This document shows positions 54,770 to 64,000 of a stretch of DNA of 64,000 bases, one piece after another. This stretch comes from Octopus vulgaris. Lineage: Eukaryota. How positions within the stretch are numbered: the first letter of the stretch is position 1; each line of letters begins with the position of its first letter. The notes beneath the pieces are model-generated. The model saw only the letters and a list, made by a program, of their open reading frames with translations, did not search any database and had not been told where the DNA came from. The DNA lies in the NCBI GenBank assembly GCA_951406725.2, contig OX597814.1:112034001-112098000 (forward strand), given 5' to 3'. The position numbers and the translations under genes were made by a program.

Positions 54770-56360
54770 TTCGAATTTCGATACAAAGCCGGCAACTTGA
54801 AAGGAGGAGATGGTAAATCGATTATATCGATTCCAATACTTGACTGGTATTTTTTTTATCGGCCCGAGAAGATGAAAGGCGGAGGAAACCTCAGCGGAAT
54901 TCGAAATCAGAACGTAATGAGTTGGAAGAAATACCGTAAAGAATTATTCCTACAAGTTCCACAAAGTTTCAAATAAATCTAATTTTGGTAAAAGGTCAGA
55001 ACTTTCGAGAGAAGAAAGGCAAGTCGATTACAGTAACCCCTCGCCATATCACGGTTCACCTATCGAGGTTCACCTATCGCGGTTTACCTATCGCGGTTTA
55101 CCTATCGCGGTTTACCTATCGCGGTTTATTATCTAAGCTTACGTTGATTCCACCGTGGTGTTTTACATTTATAAAAAAAAATATATACAAATTATAAAAA
55201 CAATAAAAAAAATACTATACAGTACTGTTTCTATTTCGCGGACTTTCACTTATCGAGTGGTGTATTGGAACGTAACACCCGCGATAGTCGAGGGATTACT
55301 GTACATTAACCTCAGTACTTGGCTGCTACTTCTTTTATCGCTCCCATCTCTTCGAAATAATGAAGGGCGAAGTCGACCTTCGCAGAATTTGATCTCAGAA
55401 CATCATGAGTCACTATTTCTTGCCGATGCTCTAACAATTGTGCAATTTCACTGATAGACCGTGCAAGTTTATAATCGTTTCTACTATAGGCACAAGGGCT
55501 GAAATTATGGGGGAGAGGACTAGTCGATTACATCGACCCCAGTGTTTCACTGGTACTTAATTTATCGACCCCGAAAGGATGAAAGGCAAAGTTGACCTCG
55601 GCGGAATTTGAACTCAGAACGTAACGGCAGACAAAATACCGCTAAACATTTCGCCCGGCCTGTTAACTATTCTGCCAGCTCGCCACCTTTTGCAAGTTTA
55701 TAATAATGCTTTCAAATTTTAGCACAAGGCCAGGAATTTCGGGTATGAGAGAAAGTCGATTACATCTGTCCCAGTGTTCAACCGGTACTTTTTTTATCAA
55801 CCCCAAAAGGAAGAAAGGCAAAGTTGATTCAGAAGAATTTGAACTCTGAACGTTAAAACGGACGAAATACCGTTAAGCATTTTGTCCGGCATGCTAACGG
55901 TTCTCTCAGCTTATCACTAGATCGAGTAAATTTGTAATAATCCTTTCTACTGTAGGTTCAAGGCCTGAAATTTATGGGGAGAGGGCTAGTCGATCACATC
56001 GACCTCCAGGACATAACTGGTATTTATTTCATTGACGCCAAAAGATGAAAGGCAAAGTCGACCTCGGCAGAATATGAACTTGGAACGTAATGAAATGCCT
56101 CTAAGCATTTCGGCTGGCGTGCAAAAAATTCTTTTCTATTATAGGCACAAGGCCTGAAATTTGGGTACGTGTGTGTGTGTGTGTGTGTGTAGTGAGGGAT
56201 AGTCGATTACATCGATCCCAGTGTTTCATTGGTATTTCATTTACCGACCCCGGAAGGATGAAAAGCAAAGTCGACTTCGGCGGAATTTGAACTCAGAACG
56301 TAGCTGCAGGCGAAATACCGCTAGGCATTTCGCCCAGTGTGCTAACTATTGTGCCAGCCC
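54770..56360 (-). mobile_element. cluster of six co-oriented SINE family B copies
   Basis: Copies at about 54770, 54985, 55476, 55705, 55940, 56130; the 55476-55690 copy has TSD TGCAAGTTTATAAT. Confidence 0.85.
55031..55301. mobile_element. Tigger/pogo-like MITE inserted at TA inside a SINE B copy
   Basis: GTCGATTA|CAGTAACCCCTCG...CGAGGGATTACTG|TACATTAACC; inverted homolog of 25004-25242. Confidence 0.92.
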
Positions 56361-56387
56361 ACCACTAGATTGAGGATGTTCATTATA

Positions 56388-57274
56388 CGAGGTGGTATAA
56401 AAAGGTTCCCGGACCTGTTATGTTTAATAAAAAATAACTTATTTATCTCAGTTTTAACATCATCCCCTTCGAAATAGTACCCTTGCGCAGCAATACACTG
56501 GTGTCAGCGTTGCTGCCACTGTTGGAATCCGACCTGGAAGTCGTTTTCCGTAAGCGAGTCGAGAATCTTTTGTGATTCTCTCCGCATCTTGACAACTGTA
56601 TTAAAACGGCAACCTTTAAGTTGCATTTTCATATAAGGGAATTGATTGAAGTCCGCGGCTGTTAAATCTGGCAAATAGGGCGGGTGCCGAAGCGATACCA
56701 TGTTGTTTTTGGCGAGAAACTCACGAGTGAATAGAGCTCAGTGAAGTATCCAATTTTTCGCGCTCCACAGATCCGGTCGCTTTCGCCAAATATCATCCCT
56801 CGAAGCCTCAAAATCTCGCAGTAGAACTCTCTCGATTGACGGTCTGGCCCGGGGGACGAATTCTCGATGCACGAGACCACATTTCCGGGGCTGACGCTCG
56901 TGGCAAGTTTTCCAGATCGCTCATCGTCTATCAAGGATGTTCTTCCGCTTTTGGAGCGCCGGTGTCAATAGGAACATTGTATACGACCCATTGCCTCGTA
57001 GCCGAATCATGCTCAATGTCTTTGTAGCAAACTCTCCAAGTTTAACGCAAAATTTCACGCTGACCCTTTGTCCCTGTCCATGACAAAATCGCAGATTACA
57101 GCATACACGTGATCACAAAAACACAAATTTTAGAACTTGCGAAGTAATCGCAGTGATATCACTCCGCACACTACCTTATGAAGGTCACAGCTAGCTCTCA
57201 CTGCACACGCAACCGTGTGTTGCCATCTGTTGGCGCGCTATAAAAAAATCCGGGAACCTTTTGATAACACCTCG
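56388..57274 (-). mobile_element. internally deleted mariner (DD34D-like) with both TIRs
   Basis: TA-CGAGGTGGTATAAAAAGGTTCCCGGA ... TCCGGGAACCTTTTGATAACACCTCG-TA; DDERSGK and HPPYLPDLTAADF...FPYMKMQLKG motifs. Confidence 0.92.
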
Positions 57275-58264
57275 TAGTGATGTTAGTTTCTCAGTAACAA
57301 TAACACTACATTCCGTGAAGAAAAGTTCATCTTAAACAATCTTGATACATTTTACTACAATTGATACAGAACTTCCTGTTTCGTGTCATCAAGCACGAGA
57401 TTTCTCCATATCACATCTCACCGCCTCATACATCGGAAGATAACGTACTCCTAGATACACTTAGCCGACAAAATAAAGTGAAATGGGAGTGGGACGGTCA
57501 TGATCGAAACAACTCTAATCACAGATCTGTTCGATCAAAACGGATTTGAAGTTAAGCAATAAAAATAATTTAAAAAAAAACAACCTATTTTAGTTTAAAA
57601 TTCATTTGTTGAAATTAAGATGTTCTCAAATGCCACCCTGTCAATTGCCTCCCCAAAAATCGAGAAAGCTGCGGCCCGTCCGAGAAATGAGCTCTGCAAG
57701 GTAGCGTAGCTGCTGCAGCGAATGTCGTTAACCATTCTCCGCGGCAACGACATCGCGGTCATGTCCGCAGGTTCTGGCTGAACACGCCATTTGTTCTGGG
57801 GTGTATTCCATCCCCTTTTGCCTTTCATCCTTTCGGGGTCGATAAATTAAGTACCAGTTATGCTCTGGGGTCGATGTAATCGACTTAATCCGTTTGTCTG
57901 TCCTTGTGTGTCACCTCTGTGTTTAGCCCCCTGTGGGTAGTAAAGAAATATATCTTCCGTGGCTTAATCGCCGCTTTTCCTCCCTTTACTTTCTCTTCTT
58001 GTAATTAAATTGTGGTCTAATCTTTATGCAACGTTTATTGTTTTATTAAGCCAGGCTTTATAAATTAAATAACATTGAATAATTTCAATTCAAAAATGAA
58101 ATCGGTGTCTTTGAAAACTTCACGTGTACAACGCCCTGTCTCGAGGACGAATGAAATATGTTATCCTTTACATAGAAAAGGGAATAAGGGCTAGTCTCAG
58201 AAATGTTAAGCATGGAAAAACGGACTAAAACGGAAAAGAAAAATGTAAGAATGTTTAAATATGT

Positions 58265-58485
58265 TCTTTTATTCTTTCATTTGTTTCAGTCATTTGACTG
58301 CGGCCATGCTAGAGCACCGCCTTTAGTCGAACAAATCGACCCCAGGACCTATTCTTAGTAAGCCTAGTACTTATTCTATCGATATCTTTTGCCGAACAGC
58401 CTAGTTACGGGAACGTAAGCACACCAACATCAGTTGTTAAGCGATGGTGGGGTGACAAACACAGACACACAAGCACACACACACG

Positions 58486-58572
<87 letters not shown>

Positions 58573-58952
58573 TTTGATACTTTGATAGGTTTCGGCCATT
58601 ATTGGCCCAGGCCATGTCTAACTTAATAGCACCACCTGGTATATATATATATATATTGTATAAAATATCGTGGGTAAGGCCAAAACAATGCGAAGTAAAT
58701 GCAAGGTAAATCACATGAAAACAAATATGTGAATTAATGTAGACTTCAATATTCACACACACGCACATCGGCAACATTCGTCAATCTCTTGAAAATTGGG
58801 TCATAACCCCGAAATATTAAATACAAGGCAAGTGTACATTAATTCACATATTTGTTTTCTTGTGATTTACCTTGCATTTACTTCGCATTGTTCTGGCCTT
58901 ACCCCCGATCCTTTATACAATATATTCTACACATTGCTTCACAATAATTATT

Positions 58953-59004
<52 letters not shown>

Positions 59005-59145
59005 GACAGGCTTCTTTCAGTTTCCGCCTACCAAATTCACTTACAGGGCTTTGGTCAGCTCGAGGCTATAGTAGAAGACACTTACCCAGGGACTGAACCC
59101 GCAACCATGTGGTTGGTAAGCAATTTACTTACCACACAGCCACGC
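58265..59145 (-). mobile_element. SINE family C split by inserts in its internal (TA)n
   Basis: 3' half 58265-58485; 5' half 59003-59145. Confidence 0.82.
58653..58923. mobile_element. fold-back/MITE-like element with ~94-bp inverted arms
   Basis: ATATTGTATAAA...AATTAATGTAGACTT / AAGTGTACATTAATT...TTTATACAATAT with an ~83-bp spacer, between (TA)n runs. Confidence 0.85.
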
Positions 59146-59151
59146 TGAAAA

Positions 59152-59376
59152 GAGGGGGTGCTGAAAAGTTACTGGCTTTGGGTAAAAGAAAATACAGGAG
59201 CATCAGTTAAGCATCCGTTAATTATAATATTATTCAACATATTCCACCCTCAGATTCACGCACTTATTGCAGCGGTCCTTCAGTATTCCTAAGCTCTTAA
59301 AAGAACTCGGAAAGTTTGGCCTCCAAACGAGCCTTTCGCGATACCCTTAAAGCCAGGAACTTTTCAGCACCCCTCG
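59152..59376. mobile_element. mariner-derived MITE, ~225 bp
   Basis: GAGGGGGTGCTGAAAAGTTACTGGCTTT / AAAGCCAGGAACTTTTCAGCACCCCTCG-TA. Confidence 0.88.
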
Positions 59377-59436
59377 TATATATGTAAATGGTCGATAATA
59401 TTTTGAAAACGAAAGAGTTTAATATCTTTAAGTTCA

Positions 59437-59490
<54 letters not shown>

Positions 59491-60146
59491 AAGCTGTGAG
59501 ACGACTGGATTGTGGATGACAAAACTGAATAACTCAAGAATCTGATACTTTTCTGTAAACAGTCGGCAGGGCTTGAATTGAAGGAGACTAAGCTGCTGTT
59601 TCGTGTAGATCGACGCACTTCGTATATGTCTGTGACTACTGACGTTTCTTCTCGGGAAGAAAATATCCAATTTTTTACCAAAATACATCAGGTGTTTAAT
59701 TATTTCGTTGGTCAAAGACATCGACGATGCATAAGTGATCGTCCTGGTTAAAAAAAAAGAATATAAAACAAAAACAACAGTCAAAAGAAAAATGCAAGAA
59801 ATGTTTTCATGTTTTTTTTTACCATTTTACTTATAATTATTATTTTATCAAGAGATTTCACATAGCTTTTTAAATATTATAACAGACCCTTAAATTGAAA
59901 ATTAACAAACCCATAATAAATGTAAGGACTTTTCGTTTTCTTTGAAGTCTTTTACCAGCAGCAAGGAAAAAAAAAAGAAAGAAAGAAAGAAGGGAAAATA
60001 GATATTACAGAAAGGGGGTTATTATCATATTTGAACTAAGGAACACAGAAACAGTGGAATGGTTGAAAAATAAAAAAAAATTAAAAAAACAAAGACGAGG
60101 TAACGCAATATTCGTTTCTTCTATTATTATTTTTATATATATATAC

Positions 60147-60314
<168 letters not shown>

Positions 60315-60679
60315 GTATATATACATATGTATATATATATATGTATATATGTATATATGCTGTCAACTGTTTGTTGTGCAGTGATTCATTGAGAGTTGAC
60401 GACTTTACAATGTGGATTATGCAGGGTTTTTTTTTTTCATAATATTAATTTTTGTCTCTTAAATTCCATTCCCGAAGAATTTTCTAGATAGTCATTGCTT
60501 TAAAGATTATCTTGAGTCAATTCATTGCATATTCCTCTTTCCCCCTCTGCATGTATATATATATATTTATATTGTATGTTTATAAATATATTACAATTCC
60601 AGGACGGAAGGGGAAACACATACTATTCATATAATAGACAAGATTACCCTCGTGATCCGTCCACGATAGAAACAAACTG

Positions 60680-60805
<126 letters not shown>

Positions 60806-62270
60806 ATGTATGTATGTAGGTATGTATGTATGTCCTGGCTTTTTGGTTTTTCACGGGATTAATTATTCGGTATATCTTAAAATCAAGTTGTTTATTGTGT
60901 CTCGGCTGCCGTGAACATTGGAAGAATCATCATTCTGTAATATTCATTGCCCCACGATCTGGTAATTATGCTCTTGTATGTGAGATATTCACTGATTCAC
61001 TGTTGATGTCATCATACGTTGTGTTTCTTTTACGAAATGCTTATACAGACATCATATACATACAAAAATACATATATACATACATATATAAGTGTGTATA
61101 CATATACATATCAATAGGTATACATTACATACATATATATATATACATATATCAATATTTGTATATATATATATATATTTGTGTGTGTGTATATATATAT
61201 ACACAAACATATATATATGTATATATGTGTGTGTGTGTGTGTGTGCGTGTGTATAGTTATCGATGTTTAAATTCTGCTCCATTTGTTAGAGTTGTTAGCT
61301 TCATGTTAGCCTCTAATATTGTAGTTATTACTACAAATATGTTGACTACTACCACTTCTATACCACCACCACTACTACTACCTTTAGTTTATTCGAATAA
61401 ATATTTTAGTTCATTTCAGTCCATTTCGTGTTGTCTTTACCGCCATATTGCTATAGTTGTTGTCGCGAACCTTATGGATCATGTATGGTGATGTGTCCGT
61501 AGCAGATCGAATTAAAATCCAATCGAAGTTCAATAGGAATTGATCGTATCACATCACCAACACCCTGGGGAAAGCCATGCATATCTCTACTTCCATTTCC
61601 ATTCTCCCGAAAATAGACATAACCGCTGAGTGCAAAACCGTTTTGTTCCATATTTATTTTAAGGTACATCATAAATGACAGCATCGTGACGTTGTATGCT
61701 TTGTACCACCCACACATTTCTGATTTTATTGATAATCTTTTTTCTTAAATGTTTCCTTCGAAGAATCTCTTTATCAATTTTAAAATATCGTTGATCTTTT
61801 TCCTTGGAATTTTTTCCCGTAGGTGCTCACTCTTTTTAAAAAAAAATTACATTTATACATAAGATATTCCTTCAAGCCTACCATACATTTCTGCAACCGA
61901 CATAGTTTCCATTTTAAACTATTAGTATATTTTGTGATTTTTTTTTTCTGTTTACTTTTTCCAAGCATGAATACATGTCATTTACTGGAGTTTACTACAT
62001 TCATCTTTATTTCACAATCTAACGAGACTGTTGTAAGATACAAGTAAAAATTTATGCTACATGACCCTGCCACCAAGCTCGAATCTCAGAGCTGGTAATT
62101 TTACTTCAATTTGCGTTAAGAACAGCAAAAAAAAAAAAATCTTGTATTCATACTTAAATAGCGAAGTTTTCAAATGTATTTCTACTTATATATATATATT
62201 TACCAAAATAAACCCACTCACGCAAATGTACATACAATGAGACCCATACGTACACACACACACACATATG

Positions 62271-62308
<38 letters not shown>

Positions 62309-62498
62309 CTTATATATATATATATGTATATATATATGTATATATATATATATACGTACACACACACACACATATATATGTATATGTATATGTATGTATA
62401 TATGCACATACATATATAAACATATAGTCACATATATGTATGTATGTCTGTGCAAATGTGCTTCTACGTATGTATATATATGTAAATATATATATATA

Positions 62499-62546
<48 letters not shown>

Positions 62547-62572
62547 GTGTGTGTGTATATATATATATATGC

Positions 62573-62611
<39 letters not shown>

Positions 62612-62699
62612 AGAATTAAATGGCAATGAATGATCATGGGTATTTTTTCGAATGTGTTCTTTTTCTAAGTTTCAATATTTACAGAGTATTGTTCTTATT

Positions 62700-63321
62700 T
62701 TTCATTGGTTAAACGTATATTTGTTCTAACACGGGGACTTGCATTGTGGAGAATTACCAAAGTTGATATTTCAAACGATATTAAAGGGGACGTTGAATAA
62801 ATGCAATATGGCCTGTGCTATGGCCTTAGCACAAATAATATCAAAAGAATATATATATATATAATGGGCGCTAATGTATGTAATTCTTTTGCTTACTAGT
62901 GTGCTTTATATTTATACACTGACATCTATTTCCGCAAATTCTGCGTTAATGTATCTTTACTTCGGATACCGTCATACCGTACAGTTCTCCCACGTGCAAG
63001 TCAATCGATGTTCACGTTTGTGCTTGGTCGTGTGACGTGGATATCTGTATATGAAGGATGAAGGCTTATTTTCATAGATGGGATGTTTGAAGTATTATTC
63101 ATTTTACCAAAAAGTGCTAATGTCTAGAGTTTAATTGTAGCTAAATGAGATAACTGGATGTGCTATCATCCCATATGTTATTAGTTTGCTTATATTGTGG
63201 GTATAATATATTTATAAATTTATAAAATGTATAAGCTTCATGAAGTATCTTGCAATAAGATATATTTCTGTTGAATATTCTTTAAAGTACTATTTCATGC
63301 GTAAGCAGTTTCATAGGTTTC

Positions 63322-63377
<56 letters not shown>

Positions 63378-63590
63378 AGGGTGCTTGCTGTCATAATACA
63401 CTCTGCCTCGATAGATGATACTCCATTCCTCTCGAATGATGTATGTATGTGTGAGTGTGAACATTTTTAAGCTCCCATATATGAGAAGAGAAGGAAGTAT
63501 CTTTGCTTCCCTTTAATTCCGAATGATGTGCGCATTGGTTGTAGCATATATATTATGTAGGTCCGAGGTTAGTCTCATATATTTTCGATG
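62700..63590 (-). pseudogene. possible very old Penelope-like RT/GIY-YIG relic
   Basis: Frameshifted M-TNLGPT (63553-63578, MGxxxAPT-like) upstream of LTCTWEN and RYI/TQNLRK*MSVYK (62911-63004). Motif resemblance only. Confidence 0.3.
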
Positions 63591-64000
63591 TACAGTGGAT
63601 CATTGTACTATGGATCTTTGTACTGTGTAATTCAAAATAGTAGGGGAATTATTTAGGGCTAATCAATGAAAATAAGAGCAAAACAATAAATACTGAAAAC
63701 TTCGAAAAAATTAACACCTATAAGCATTTTTCAGGAAACAACTCATGGTGCTTAATTATCAAGTTATAATGTAAGTCTTTTTTCTCTTCTGTCCAATATT
63801 TTCTATTATTTTCTTTTTTATTTTGTTGGTTATAGAATGACAAGCACCTTTTTGAAAAAAGGCGTTCCTCAGACTTTCAAAAAATGTACAGGTTCTTCAT
63901 TGCTTTATATTGAGAAGGAATTCTTTACATAAGAATAACTTCTAGGAATTTTTCACCGCTTCAATAACTTACATAGAGGAGAGACAAGTATATATTTGTA

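Noticed and set aside
59637-59695. Minus-strand CTGATG...GAAACGTC
   Set aside because: A9 absent and helix I does not pair.

Overview
AT-rich, microsatellite-saturated eukaryotic DNA with no confidently identifiable host gene. The repeat repertoire (tRNA-derived SINEs with CORE-, V- and Meta/MESC-like central domains, RTE and L1/Tx1 LINE relics, Tc1/mariner relics and MITEs, (TA)n/(TACA)n/(AAT)n runs) looks like an octopus (coleoid cephalopod) intergenic or intronic region; the organism is inferred, not verified. Almost all ORFs in the six-frame track are translated microsatellites. The main signal not explained by that track is a set of type I hammerhead ribozyme (HHR) folds: nine recognisable and several decayed motifs in 64 kb, from about seven sequence families. 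Most sit in short non-coding inserts in or beside dinucleotide microsatellites, and all nine have a (near-)palindromic helix III typical of Penelope-like elements and non-LTR retrozymes. They include a 483-nt partial tandem unit cut from HHR site to HHR site (22029-22685), three copies with a compensated U3:A8 core, and two with an A6U core. Other oddities: a 188-bp GC-rich structured insert with an 8-bp direct repeat (54344-54531), SINE multimers with a fixed junction, a mariner whose 5' end is replaced by an inverted copy of its 3' end, and several fold-back elements. All folds and alignments were read by eye; no activity or database match has been checked.
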